Virus record (IMG/VR): IMGVR_UViG_3300032280_000361
Source of the DNA: a virus
Taxonomy: Duplodnaviria > Heunggongvirae > Uroviricota > Caudoviricetes
Strand: one strand, 5' to 3'
Length of the DNA: 64,000 nt
Part shown: piece by piece, positions 25,026 through 35,365 of the stretch
Layout: each line of letters opens with the position of its first letter
Position numbering within the stretch: position 1 is the first letter of the stretch
Position numbers and translations under genes: made by a program
Notes under the pieces: model-generated
Databases searched by the model: none
What the model saw: the letters and a program-made list of their open reading frames with translations, nothing else
What the model was told of the DNA's origin: nothing

Positions 25026-25511
25026 TTATTTAATTGAATCTCTAAGTATTTTAAATCGTTTAATTCGCTCCTCTTCACTTAACACTTCTTCATATGTATG
25101 GTCAACTTTTGCTCTAATACAGGTCTGTGGTAATTTACTATTCATAAAATAGTTGTTGATATACCCCATCATATTTGCACTACCAATTGGATTAGCGGAG
25201 TGGATATAGATTTGTGGTAGGGGTATTTTTTTAGTCATACTTTCCGCCACCAACCATTTAGCACAATCCATACCCGTTTTTTCGGTTATGTTTTTGTAAT
25301 CAATTGTATAGTTATCCCTTACATTATTATAATATTCTTGCATTGCAGTATCACCCAAATCGTGGTCCAAAGAAATCACTTCGTAATTCTCTAAACCCCT
25401 CATTCGAATATGTGCCACAAACTCTTCGTAATTTCGTACCACTTGCCACCTATCATCTGTTGGAGTTCTTACATCATCCAAATACAGATAGATTTTATTT
25501 TCTCTTTGCAT
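25026..25511 (-). CDS. Cyclic-phosphate-processing receiver-like domain protein
   Basis: LYLDDVR.P, ISLDHDLG, TGMD..KWL, IHSANP.G. Confidence 0.75.
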   Translation of the reverse strand: MQRENKIYLYLDDVRTPTDDRWQVVRNYEEFVAHIRMRGLENYEVISLDHDLGDTAMQEYYNNVRDNYTIDYKNITEKTGMDCAKWLVAESMTKKIPLPQIYIHSANPIGSANMMGYINNYFMNSKLPQTCIRAKVDHTYEEVLSEEERIKRFKILRDSIK

Positions 25512-26004
25512 CTTTTTTCTTTTTCTTTTCTACCTTAATTGGGATACCATCAAATCCACCATCCCTCGATAACTCTTCAGGAGTAGCAAATGGTTCTGGA
25601 CATTGTTCTTCCCAATATTGTTTCTCCAACTCTTCTGTCCAACCATCATTTTCTAATCCATCGTTTAAGGTTACATCCCAATCCGCATCTTCATCTGCAT
25701 TATGTTCTGCCAATGCTTCATCGATTTCTTTTTCAGATATGTTACGGAAATAATCGTCAACCGATTTTTCTAATGTTGGGTCTGGTCGATATACATCTTC
25801 CTCTCTCATCTCTTCTTCATACTGAGCTCCCAATTCAATGATACCTCTTTTGAAAGTATCTTCGTGGAATGTCATACCGATTGCTAATACCTTAACGATA
25901 TCCAAAAACTCCTCCATATCCACATCACAATGGTCAACTTCTACCGTTGTTGTTCTATCATATGAGGTAACACTAAATTTTGTTGTTTTGTTTAAATTAT
26001 TCAT
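25495..26004 (-). CDS. Hypothetical acidic protein
   Basis: Packed ORF; DWDVTLNDGLE motif. Confidence 0.65.
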   Translation of the reverse strand: MNNLNKTTKFSVTSYDRTTTVEVDHCDVDMEEFLDIVKVLAIGMTFHEDTFKRGIIELGAQYEEEMREEDVYRPDPTLEKSVDDYFRNISEKEIDEALAEHNADEDADWDVTLNDGLENDGWTEELEKQYWEEQCPEPFATPEELSRDGGFDGIPIKVEKKKKKDAKRK

Positions 26005-26013
26005 AACTTTTAT

Positions 26014-26226
26014 TTATTCAGGTGATTTGTTTCCTACTAATTGATATGCATCCCATATTTGACCGATTGCATATTCTATTTGAAATTTTATTTCTTTATC
26101 TGATTGCGATAATGGATGCTCTAAACAATGGTCATTTAATGTGCAGATTACAATATACAATCTATCCATTAATTCCAAATAGTGCCCATCATTTATCGAA
26201 TTCTTTTTTTGTTTGTTTGATGACAT
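26014..26226 (-). CDS. Hypothetical protein
   Basis: Co-directional ORF. Confidence 0.6.
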   Translation of the reverse strand: MSSNKQKKNSINDGHYLELMDRLYIVICTLNDHCLEHPLSQSDKEIKFQIEYAIGQIWDAYQLVGNKSPE

Positions 26227-26359
26227 CTGATACTGATTTAGTGGGGTTTTCTTTAGCTCTTCGAACTGCTCTGATTATGAACTCACTCAATTGATTTTTC
26301 TTATCAATCTTTTTAATTAACTCATTAAGAGTATCCAAATCCTCATAGAATTTTCCCAT
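26189..26359 (-). CDS. Small hypothetical protein (56 aa)
   Basis: Manual ORF MGKFYEDLDTLNELIKKIDKKNQLSEFIIRAV... Confidence 0.5.
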   Translation of the reverse strand: MGKFYEDLDTLNELIKKIDKKNQLSEFIIRAVRRAKENPTKSVSDVIKQTKKEFDK

Positions 26360-26363
26360 ATAA

Positions 26364-26582
26364 TTATTTTACAATTTTATTATAATCTATCCAACCATCT
26401 GGTCCAAAGTATAATTGTATCTTACTATCTGCGGTTTTACCAATACCTAAAAATCCAAATCCTTCACATATAATGGATACATAGTGGTCTGGTTTTAATT
26501 TGTGGGCTTCCTCTAATATATCAAAATCCCACGGCATTTCCGGGTCATTAATCTCACACCATTGTTTACTAAAATCTGCCAT
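26364..26582 (-). CDS. Hypothetical protein
   Basis: MADFSKQW...ICEGFG; packed ORF. Confidence 0.65.
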   Translation of the reverse strand: MADFSKQWCEINDPEMPWDFDILEEAHKLKPDHYVSIICEGFGFLGIGKTADSKIQLYFGPDGWIDYNKIVK

Positions 26583-26584
26583 AA

Positions 26585-26881
26585 TTATTCTGTTTCGTTT
26601 TCCATAAAAGTAGTAAACTCTTTTCCAGCTTTTGGGTTCACTTCGTATAGGTGTTCTAAACTTAATTCGTATCTTGCGTTTTGTACTTTAGAAATGAATA
26701 ATTCATCATGTAGTGAATCGATTAGGTTTGCTTTTTCGATATCACCCCCCACTACCACTTCAATCTTTTGCTCAGCTCGTAGTTTACTTAACTCTTTTTG
26801 TTGGAAATAACATACTACCAATACGGCAACTGCTCCAGTTCCCACTATGGCTTTTTGGTACTTTTGTATAAATTCTTTCAT
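26585..26881 (-). CDS. Membrane-anchored coiled-coil protein
   Basis: N-terminal TM segment; promoter at 26901-26932. Confidence 0.65.
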   Translation of the reverse strand: MKEFIQKYQKAIVGTGAVAVLVVCYFQQKELSKLRAEQKIEVVVGGDIEKANLIDSLHDELFISKVQNARYELSLEHLYEVNPKAGKEFTTFMENETE

Positions 26882-26900
26882 ATTCTTTTTTTAGTTAGTG

Positions 26901-26932
26901 TAAATATACGAATAATTATTCAAACTAACAAG
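26901..26932 (-). promoter_or_regulatory. Bacteroidota-type promoter
   Basis: CTTG-N20-TATATTTA. Confidence 0.6.
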
Positions 26933-26998
26933 TCTTTTTTAGGGGTAAACTATCAAAAAATTTAGGGGTTTCGAAGGACATAGGGGAAAAGGGAAGGA

Positions 26999-27781
26999 TT
27001 ACCCCCCAGCCCCCCTCGATTTGTCTCGTAACCACTCTAAAATCGATTCTGCCAACACCATATTAGCCTCTTTATTAAGATGCCCATCTCTTATAACTCT
27101 ACCTTCAAATTTTACCTCAATTACCATATTATGGGTTAGAGGGTAAAAGTATTTACCTTTATTGTTACCCATCTTAATATCAATAAATTTATCGGGTAAA
27201 AAATCATAGTAATCTCCTAACCAATCTAAATACCAATATTCAAATCCATTTTCAATTGATAATCTCTGTAATGTACTATCGATATGTTCGAAGTAATTTT
27301 TAACTCTATTTTTGAATAATGTGTTTATAGTCTCTATCCCATCTGATGAATCTATTTTTAAAATTTCTTCCTTCTCTTCATCCGTCATATGAATCATTAT
27401 CTCATCTCTTCCAAAATTAGTTAATTGAAATATTAAAATCATATCCTTTTCATTAAATAAAAAATGATTGATTGGTTCACCATCAACGTTTAGCATATCA
27501 TGTGATGATATTATAGCTAGATTACCTAAATTACTTCCTCCGTTATCAATTTTTTTAACACATAATCTATCTAATTCATTAGCAACTATTGAAGTGAATG
27601 ATAATTCATCTTTTATTTTTAAATCTGTTTCATCTATAAATTGTTGATGTTCTATCCATTGAACTCCAATCGGTAAAGTTCTCAATACTTCCGGCTTCCT
27701 CTCCACCCAACTAGGTAAATACAATCCCTGTCCCCATGTGAAACTATCACCTATAAAAGCTATGTATTTTTTATTTTCCAA
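26999..27781 (-). CDS. SGNH/GDSL-like hydrolase
   Basis: GDSFTWGQGL, NGGSN, DGHLN. Confidence 0.75.
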   Translation of the reverse strand: MENKKYIAFIGDSFTWGQGLYLPSWVERKPEVLRTLPIGVQWIEHQQFIDETDLKIKDELSFTSIVANELDRLCVKKIDNGGSNLGNLAIISSHDMLNVDGEPINHFLFNEKDMILIFQLTNFGRDEIMIHMTDEEKEEILKIDSSDGIETINTLFKNRVKNYFEHIDSTLQRLSIENGFEYWYLDWLGDYYDFLPDKFIDIKMGNNKGKYFYPLTHNMVIEVKFEGRVIRDGHLNKEANMVLAESILEWLRDKSRGAGG

Positions 27782-28457
27782 AATGAGATATTATTGAATT
27801 ACTCAGCACTTTCTGACCATCTTTATTTAAGTGTAAATCTATTATTGGTTTATTATCAACCATCAAATCAATTTTGTATTCATTTAAGAATTGATTAAAA
27901 TATTCACATCTAATTCCATTCACGCTATATTTCACAAACTGAGAAGGTGATTCTTTATAAAAATCTCCCAACCAATCTAAATAACAATATTCAAAATTAT
28001 ATAACCCAGAGAAATATTTTAAAGTATTATCAACATATTTAAATAAATTACTAACTCTATCAGCATATACCTCTTCAAATGTTCCGTTACAATTTTCAAT
28101 ACTTCCCATATTCAAATCTCTGAATTGATATCTAGATATAGAAGTAAATTGAAATACAACTTTATCTATTTCGTTTCCTAATTTGTCTATCATAGGAATC
28201 ATATCTAAAATTATATCAGTATTAGAACCACCATTCGTTAATCTCTTTGCAGATTCAAGACCATAATATTTAGATACTAATCCTGTAAAAGAATGTTCAT
28301 CTTTATATTTTACATCAGCAGTTGTCACTAAATGAGAATGAGATGGATACATACCACCTACAGAAGATGGTAGTTCTCTTTTTTCTTCCAACCATTTGTA
28401 AAAATACAAACCTTGCCCCCAAGTAAAGCTATCTCCTATAAAAAGTATCTTATTCAT
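27771..28457 (-). CDS. SGNH/GDSL-like hydrolase (tandem paralog of 26999-27781)
   Basis: GDSFTWGQGL, NGGSN, YLDWLGD, DLHLN. Confidence 0.75.
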   Translation of the reverse strand: MNKILFIGDSFTWGQGLYFYKWLEEKRELPSSVGGMYPSHSHLVTTADVKYKDEHSFTGLVSKYYGLESAKRLTNGGSNTDIILDMIPMIDKLGNEIDKVVFQFTSISRYQFRDLNMGSIENCNGTFEEVYADRVSNLFKYVDNTLKYFSGLYNFEYCYLDWLGDFYKESPSQFVKYSVNGIRCEYFNQFLNEYKIDLMVDNKPIIDLHLNKDGQKVLSNSIISHFGK

Positions 28458-29691
28458 ATGTTATCGCATCTGTGAATCCTTTTCTCCATTTTTTAAACCA
28501 ACCATTTATAATATCAAAATTATAATCCTGAGTTTTTATATTCTCTTTAACTATTTCATTCAACTCTCCAATCGGTTTATTACATATTCGTTTAAACTCT
28601 TCCATCACATCATATAACCTATCATTTGCGTGAGGCATCTCATCATATGTTTCATCAAACATATATTCATATGATTTAAATCCTAAGTTTTTTAATTCTT
28701 TCCATATTCCTGTGTATGAGAATATAAGAAATGGTTTTTTATGTACAAATGGTTTAAATGTTTTCTCCGATGTTTGCACTATGAGGTCTTCATTTGCCTC
28801 ATATATCGTTTCGAATACCATTTCAAATAATGTATCCCTAACTCTATCATAGTTGGATAAAACGGAATAATTCATAGTGTGAAAATCTTCATCTTCAAAT
28901 GGTTTAGCATAAAACTTAAATGTATCATCTATATGTTGTAAGTTTCCACCACCTCTCAATGCAACTATATAAGAATAGTTAAATCCCCATCCTAATTCAT
29001 CATACTGATGGTCGGTGAATACATTTCTATATGTGGAAAACAAAGCAACATTGTTTGAATCCCATAATTTATAATCAGTTATGTATTTGTAAAAATGTGC
29101 TCTATCTACATTCAATGAATTAGATGTACAATAAAAGTACTTTTGTGGAGTATGACCTTCTATATAATCATAGTATCCATTTTCTGTTAACTCTTTTACT
29201 AATCTCTCAATTACCATTGCGTTATGTGCAGGGAAATACTTAACTTCATCATCATATCTAAATTTTATGGAAGTTGAGAATATCTCATATGATATACCCC
29301 TTTCATCAAACCACTTTTTAAATTCGGCTTTCTTTTCATCATATTCAGACTGGCTATAATTGGTCCAACCTGTATCCATTTCCCAAAATACTATCTTCTT
29401 TATTCTATCTCTATGAGAATCAACGATTGTATTAAAATCTTCTCTCTCTATTAAATGAAATAATTCTTTAAACGATGGGTCAAACCCAATTGCTAAAGTG
29501 AAATCAGATAATCCTCCAATATCATTTTCATTTGTTATGATATTGAAATCTTTTAATACAGAAAAGAAATAGTTTTTCCTTAATGTAAAAAATTGAACTT
29601 CAGCATCATACTTAGAATCTATTCTGAAATCTTCAAATTCTAACTCATCTTTGTGATTAACTAAATAACGATAGAATACTACATTGTTCAT
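28450..29691 (-). CDS. Putative glycosyltransferase-like phage protein
   Basis: FET...SEKTFKPF...PF...LKNLGF.S....FDETYD motif shared with 34214 and 44127. Confidence 0.55.
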   Translation of the reverse strand: MNNVVFYRYLVNHKDELEFEDFRIDSKYDAEVQFFTLRKNYFFSVLKDFNIITNENDIGGLSDFTLAIGFDPSFKELFHLIEREDFNTIVDSHRDRIKKIVFWEMDTGWTNYSQSEYDEKKAEFKKWFDERGISYEIFSTSIKFRYDDEVKYFPAHNAMVIERLVKELTENGYYDYIEGHTPQKYFYCTSNSLNVDRAHFYKYITDYKLWDSNNVALFSTYRNVFTDHQYDELGWGFNYSYIVALRGGGNLQHIDDTFKFYAKPFEDEDFHTMNYSVLSNYDRVRDTLFEMVFETIYEANEDLIVQTSEKTFKPFVHKKPFLIFSYTGIWKELKNLGFKSYEYMFDETYDEMPHANDRLYDVMEEFKRICNKPIGELNEIVKENIKTQDYNFDIINGWFKKWRKGFTDAITYE

Positions 29692-30314
29692 ATCTGTGGA
29701 AATAATATTTGTTCCATAAAATACTTTGCTCTTTCTTCTCCTATCTTTGCTTTCAATACATTATAGGTTCTCGGATTCTTAGATTGAATATCACAATACT
29801 TATTCTGTATTTTTATAACATCTTCTTCCACTCCTTTTGTTCTTCTCTCTAATATACTATAAGCATACCAATCATATCTATCCACACTCCAATCACAAAA
29901 TTCAACAAACTCTTCATTTGATACAGGCTTCATCACAATAAAGTTATCACTAAATACACTAGCCCATTCTGGAATTGGTTTTTTATCACCCCACTTTTTA
30001 TGTTGATGGAAAAGGTATTGATTTATACCTGGACTTAAATCCATATAACATCCTATCACCATCTTATCAATTGTTATACAATCAAATCCATAGATAGGTT
30101 CGGGTGAATCTTTATGTGGAAAGGTGGTCACATGCAGTACTTCAATTTTATCATCTCCATATCTTTCTACATGCGCCAATCTGAATAGGTCTGATTTGTA
30201 CCTATAATTCTCCCATCCGAAATCCTCTGTATATACCTCCTCACAATTAGGTGCTTTCTTAATCAACTCTAAGAATTGACCTGCTACTATATCTAATTGT
30301 TCTCTGTAATTCAT
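29688..30314 (-). CDS. Ferredoxin-dependent bilin reductase (PcyA/PcyX-like)
   Basis: FRLAHVE, VLH...FP.....PIYGFD, DLSP, IPEWASVFS, QNKYC..Q.KNPRT, YFMEQILF; directly after heme oxygenase. Confidence 0.85.
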   Translation of the reverse strand: MNYREQLDIVAGQFLELIKKAPNCEEVYTEDFGWENYRYKSDLFRLAHVERYGDDKIEVLHVTTFPHKDSPEPIYGFDCITIDKMVIGCYMDLSPGINQYLFHQHKKWGDKKPIPEWASVFSDNFIVMKPVSNEEFVEFCDWSVDRYDWYAYSILERRTKGVEEDVIKIQNKYCDIQSKNPRTYNVLKAKIGEERAKYFMEQILFPQI

Positions 30315-30934
30315 TATAATCTTCCTAAATTTATAGGTGCTTTATTGCCACCCATTGGATTAATATTAATAGCTGTTGAATTCTGAGCTAATGTTTCGTA
30401 GTTTCCTAATTCCCACACACCATTTGGCCTTAATGTATTCCATATATTTTCCAATACATCAATGTTAAATTGGAATCCTTTATTTGCCTCATCACTCATA
30501 TCATCTGTTAAGAATGCTCTAATTACACCTACACATTCTTGCATATTATCTATCACATAGTAATCTCCCAAACCAGGTACTTTTGATTTAATCATTTGTC
30601 CACCATACACAATAGCTAAATAATTAACATAGATATGAGCCTTCCATTGCTCTTCTGTTAATGTGTTTATATAATCTATGTATTTTTTAGTAGATTCTGT
30701 TAAATCCAGTTTAAGTTTAATCAACCCACCTAAATCTTTCTCTATAGATTTACACCTATTCAATGATGGGTGTGGTAATTCATACTTACTTTCTAATGCA
30801 TTATGAATATGATACATATTGAATAGATAGTATGCATATTCTTGTTCAGGAACTGTGCCTGAAAATATCAATTGACTGAATTGTGTTTTTTCCGCTTTAC
30901 TATGTAATTCTGCGGTTGCTTCTTTTAATCCCAT
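30314..30934 (-). CDS. Heme oxygenase (biliverdin-forming, HemO/Ho1 type)
   Basis: LKEATAELHSKAE, HIYVNYLAIVYGGQMI, EANKGFQFN. Confidence 0.9.
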   Translation of the reverse strand: MGLKEATAELHSKAEKTQFSQLIFSGTVPEQEYAYYLFNMYHIHNALESKYELPHPSLNRCKSIEKDLGGLIKLKLDLTESTKKYIDYINTLTEEQWKAHIYVNYLAIVYGGQMIKSKVPGLGDYYVIDNMQECVGVIRAFLTDDMSDEANKGFQFNIDVLENIWNTLRPNGVWELGNYETLAQNSTAININPMGGNKAPINLGRL

Positions 30935-30935
30935 T

Positions 30936-31886
30936 TTATATTATTTTTTTAAGTTTTGTTTTTAATAACCAATATTCTATTGAGTTATGTAATCCTTCGT
31001 ATGAATAATTTCTATAAACACCGTTTTTGTATTTACCTTCCACTAATCCTACTAAAAAGTTTTCATATTGTTTTACAATTTCAGTATCCAATACATTCTT
31101 AGATAAATTTAATTCAGTTTCTTTTATAATAAAGTTTCTGAGTATATCTTTATAGAATAATTTATTAGAAAAATAAGATGGGTGTTGGTCTGTTTCAGAA
31201 CAATACCTAATCTCTTCTACCAAATGATTCGATGCATACTCTAACAATCCCCCATATTGACCTTTATATCTTCCGTTAATTAAATTATCCTGATTACCAA
31301 AATATTTAATTTCACTTAAATCATAATCATAATCAAATGTTACAACTTTATCATAAACTTTTGATTTTTTAAAAATTTCAATAAAGTCTTTTGTAGTTAT
31401 ATCCCACCCAAAATATATTAAAAACTTATTATAATTTTTAGAAACTACATCATATATTCTTTCTATATTATTGATATGAATAGTATAAAATTCATCCATA
31501 TTATGTATATCGTCCGTTATGTAATCATACTTAATAGTATCCTTATCAAAGGTTGGATTCATTTTTAATACAGATTCTAAACTATCTTCATTTCTTATAA
31601 TAGCGGATAACTGAACAATTGCTATATTATCAGTTCCTTCTAATGATTCTATTCTTTTATCTATAGTACTACCTATAGTAAAATTACCGTAACTACCGTT
31701 ACCAAAATTAGTTATACAATAATCTACATTATCATTATATGCTAAATCAAATTCTAAAAAATTACTCTGAACTTTTGTTATATGAGTGTGCCCCACATAT
31801 TCTTGCATAGATATAGGTCTAGTTGCTCTAAATTTACTATTAGTATTTTGAGTAAAACTACAACCAAAAAAATCTACATTTGTCAT
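30936..31886 (-). CDS. SGNH-like hydrolase
   Basis: FGCSFT, GSYGN, IVQLS..IR, DQHPS. Confidence 0.6.
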   Translation of the reverse strand: MTNVDFFGCSFTQNTNSKFRATRPISMQEYVGHTHITKVQSNFLEFDLAYNDNVDYCITNFGNGSYGNFTIGSTIDKRIESLEGTDNIAIVQLSAIIRNEDSLESVLKMNPTFDKDTIKYDYITDDIHNMDEFYTIHINNIERIYDVVSKNYNKFLIYFGWDITTKDFIEIFKKSKVYDKVVTFDYDYDLSEIKYFGNQDNLINGRYKGQYGGLLEYASNHLVEEIRYCSETDQHPSYFSNKLFYKDILRNFIIKETELNLSKNVLDTEIVKQYENFLVGLVEGKYKNGVYRNYSYEGLHNSIEYWLLKTKLKKII

Positions 31887-32617
31887 ATTGTCGTAACACC
31901 TCTTTTTTGAACCACTTTAGTGGCACATTGGTTAGCAAATTTAATTGAATCCGATATACTTTCCGTATCTATAAATTTATATACTAATGATGCCATAAAT
32001 GTATCACCTGCACCACTCAAATCTCTAACCTCAATATCATTGTTGACGGGGAATACTACATCCTTATATAAACATCCTTTCTCACTCATTGTGATAATAA
32101 GTTTATCCGCCCACTCTTCGTATTTTGCACCAGCTTTCTCACAAAGTTCCCATTCATATTCATTCATCTTAATAAATGTATAATCGGAGAATGTTTGTAA
32201 ATTAATTGGTTTCTTTGTATCGATGAATGTAAGTTCATGTCTTTTACTGATTTCATGTATATCATTCTCAGTTAAAAACCCTTTATCATAATCCGATACA
32301 ATCACTGCATCCACATCCCAATCAACTCTATTAATATCGAATGCTGGTCTAACTCTATCAATTGAATCCACTCTTAGAAACATTTGATTAGATTTAACAT
32401 CTACATATCTTGTCTTTGTTATCTGCTCTTTGTTAGTGATTAGATTCACACTAGCCCCTAATGATTCTAAGTTGGCTCTCACGTTACCTGCCATACCATC
32501 GTTGGTGACAGTTCTAGATGGTTCAAATATAGGTACGGGTGCTTCTGGACACATTCTCGTTGAATGACCATAAATGAATACATCTGTACAACTATCTCCT
32601 ATAACTAATATCTTCAT
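31883..32617 (-). CDS. PfkB-family sugar kinase, HldE/RfaE kinase-domain-like
   Basis: VIGD..D.FIYG...R..PEAPVP, GMAGNV, SDYDKG, DLSGAGDTF. Confidence 0.85.
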   Translation of the reverse strand: MKILVIGDSCTDVFIYGHSTRMCPEAPVPIFEPSRTVTNDGMAGNVRANLESLGASVNLITNKEQITKTRYVDVKSNQMFLRVDSIDRVRPAFDINRVDWDVDAVIVSDYDKGFLTENDIHEISKRHELTFIDTKKPINLQTFSDYTFIKMNEYEWELCEKAGAKYEEWADKLIITMSEKGCLYKDVVFPVNNDIEVRDLSGAGDTFMASLVYKFIDTESISDSIKFANQCATKVVQKRGVTTI

Positions 32618-32638
32618 AAACCTTTTCTGATATATATG

Positions 32639-33043
32639 TTACCAACTGATTTCCCAATCTTTAAACTCTGCCGCTAAACAATCAATCTTATAATCTTTTC
32701 TACCCCCTACAACTTCTTGTATTCGATTCTTAGCGATGTTCCGAATACCATTCAACCCATGTGTTAATGCTAACTTATTTGGCCCCTCTGAACCGTTTCT
32801 TACATTGGTTTCATTTTGCCATATATGTAAGTTCATTTGAGATAATACTATGATTGCTCTAATGGTTTCTGCAGTTATAGGCTCTTTACCTTCCTCCAAT
32901 ATTAATTGTATATCATGTTGGATATCTGCAATCTCTTTAGCATACTCTTCTTTATGCTCTGTAATGAATACTTCTTTTAATTGAATGATACTTAATCTAT
33001 CAATTAATTCTGCTAATGTAGGTAAATACTTTCGTTCGCTCAT
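32639..33043 (-). CDS. Hypothetical protein (DUF4254-like helical)
   Basis: ELIDRLSI..LK, N..IW..E...R, N..R...K..I pattern. Confidence 0.65.
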   Translation of the reverse strand: MSERKYLPTLAELIDRLSIIQLKEVFITEHKEEYAKEIADIQHDIQLILEEGKEPITAETIRAIIVLSQMNLHIWQNETNVRNGSEGPNKLALTHGLNGIRNIAKNRIQEVVGGRKDYKIDCLAAEFKDWEISW

Positions 33044-34227
33044 ATTAATGAAATGTATTGGTTAAGTGTTGATGGTATTTTTATATTATTATAATTCTGT
33101 GAAAAGATAAGATAATTTTTTAACTTTTCCAAGTATTCTTTTGTATTTGTATTATTTTCCTTTTGCAAATATATTAGTAAGTTCTCAATATCACCCAATA
33201 AGAAAGGAGAATTTTCTATTCCTTTTAGGGTATATGTTCGTTCGTAATACTCTTTAGCTTTATCCAAAACATTAAAGTTCTTCGTATCTAATATATCAGG
33301 ATATCTTACAAATTGAAATCTTATATTCGAATAATCGGTTATATAACCATTATCAATTAAGTAATCAAATGTTTCAAAAAATGAAAATACATTTAATATA
33401 GATGATGTGTATGTAAAGTCATAAACTATGTTATTATATTCTTTTCTTACATCGTTTAATTTATTTAGATTTGCCAGAAATACATCTGTCTTAAAGTTTG
33501 TTCTACCAAATTCACCAACTTCGAATAAACCATCTAAAGAAATGGAATAGATTACTTTTTTAAATCCTTTTGTTAATTCAAATATATTCTTGCCTTTATA
33601 GTTTAGTATCGATAGATTTGTTTGGAATTGTAAATCTACATTCTGAGGATGTGGTATAGTTTCTATAAAATCCCATGCCTTTTTTGTATATAATGGCTCC
33701 CCTCCTGCTATATAAACATATTCTAAATGCTCTAAATCTTCTTTACTGAAATCATTATTTAATATGTGTAATTTCTTACTATCAAATGGTATCCCATTCT
33801 TTTCATTCCACTCTTCTCTTTCATCATACCAACTCGTAGAATCTCTTTCACTACACATTCTACATTTAAAGTTACATTGGTTAGAGAATCTAATATCTAA
33901 AAATACTAAATCTTTTTTCTCCTCTCCACTTATTAACTCATCATATTGTTTATTAAAATGTGCGTTCTTTTCTTGTCTAAAACTTCTACCACCGTATTCC
34001 TCTTTCTTCCAGCATATATCACACATCTTATTCTTAACTCCACTCTTTAAATCCTCTCTTAATTTTTGATAAGATGGATTATTAAACAACTCATCAAAGT
34101 TTTTGAAATCATTATAGTTCTCATCAAAGAATGAATCGGATATACAACATGGTTTCAGCTTTCCATCTTGAAAAACGGAAAGGTGCATAAATGGTAGAAC
34201 ACATATAGTATCTTTATTCGGCATCAA
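33040..34227 (-). CDS. Radical SAM protein with N-terminal twitch/SPASM domain
   Basis: CVLPF...PCC...C..CW, CNFKCRMC, AGGEPL, SLDG. Confidence 0.9.
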   Translation of the reverse strand: MMPNKDTICVLPFMHLSVFQDGKLKPCCISDSFFDENYNDFKNFDELFNNPSYQKLREDLKSGVKNKMCDICWKKEEYGGRSFRQEKNAHFNKQYDELISGEEKKDLVFLDIRFSNQCNFKCRMCSERDSTSWYDEREEWNEKNGIPFDSKKLHILNNDFSKEDLEHLEYVYIAGGEPLYTKKAWDFIETIPHPQNVDLQFQTNLSILNYKGKNIFELTKGFKKVIYSISLDGLFEVGEFGRTNFKTDVFLANLNKLNDVRKEYNNIVYDFTYTSSILNVFSFFETFDYLIDNGYITDYSNIRFQFVRYPDILDTKNFNVLDKAKEYYERTYTLKGIENSPFLLGDIENLLIYLQKENNTNTKEYLEKLKNYLIFSQNYNNIKIPSTLNQYISLI

Positions 34228-35365
34228 ATAAGTTTATAATATTATCAATCTGTAATTGAGCAAATGTTTTAACTCGCTCTCTATTCAAATCTAATTCGTA
34301 ATGGCGTTCCTTTATCACTTCCTCTATCCCACTAATTGGGGTGTTCAACAATTTTTCTATCTCACCTAATACCATCTTCAATCTCTTCTTATCATTTATT
34401 TCTTCATCATAACTTTCATCTATCAACCAATCAAATGTAGAGAATCCCAATTCCCTAAGAGTTTTTAAAGTTCCATGTTGTGCAAATGTAATGAATGGAG
34501 TTTTGTATAGAAATCCTTTGAATAACTTTTCACTCAATACGATTCCACAATGAGAGTGGTAACGGGTTTCGAATATAGCTTGAAATGAACATTCTAAACT
34601 ATCTTGCAATGCCAGATTCTTAACATTTAATTCATTATCATATTTTAGTTTCTTTGGAACATAATTTGTTTCTATATCCATTGTTCCAAAATTAGCCATA
34701 TATTCTATTGCTCTGAACTTTTTATTACCATATCCAAACAAAGGTAAGAAGAATGATGTATTACATTTATCCCAATAATTTCCTTTCTCTAACATAGAAT
34801 ATAGATGCAATCTATCTTCTTTTACATTACAATTTGCAGAGAACATATTAAACTTTTTCTCTACACTATAATCAACTCCTTCTGTTTGTTTAAAATTATG
34901 AATCAATTGAAATGGAAAACATCCGAATCCAAACTCAGCATTAATTTTTGTAAATGCAAATCTAGAATTAAAAATGTTTCGTATAAATTTAAATCTCTTG
35001 TCAAATTTGAAAATCTCATAAAAGAAATCCTCCACTCCTAATAATCTCTCAAAGGTGTCCCAATTTACTTCATTTTGAAAAAATATAATTTGTTTATATT
35101 CCCCTCTATCCATTTTACTTTTGGCTTCTGAAAAATATCTACCTTCTTCTACTATTTGTTCGGATTGCCCGTTATATATTATAAAAAGAGTTGTATCGGT
35201 TTCCGAATAATTAAATTTAACATCAGCTAACTCTTCCAACATTTTAAACCAATAGTTATTGCCTTCCAACCATTCTCTTTGATTAAAATCTTTTATAGGT
35301 TGAAATCTGCCTGTATGAGAATTCTCATCATACAAAACTGGTAATATATTTATAACACTCCCCAT
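34214..35365 (-). CDS. Putative glycosyltransferase-like phage protein
   Basis: FET...SEKLFK..PFI...LRELGF.TF...IDESYD. Confidence 0.55.
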   Translation of the reverse strand: MGSVINILPVLYDENSHTGRFQPIKDFNQREWLEGNNYWFKMLEELADVKFNYSETDTTLFIIYNGQSEQIVEEGRYFSEAKSKMDRGEYKQIIFFQNEVNWDTFERLLGVEDFFYEIFKFDKRFKFIRNIFNSRFAFTKINAEFGFGCFPFQLIHNFKQTEGVDYSVEKKFNMFSANCNVKEDRLHLYSMLEKGNYWDKCNTSFFLPLFGYGNKKFRAIEYMANFGTMDIETNYVPKKLKYDNELNVKNLALQDSLECSFQAIFETRYHSHCGIVLSEKLFKGFLYKTPFITFAQHGTLKTLRELGFSTFDWLIDESYDEEINDKKRLKMVLGEIEKLLNTPISGIEEVIKERHYELDLNRERVKTFAQLQIDNIINLFDAE

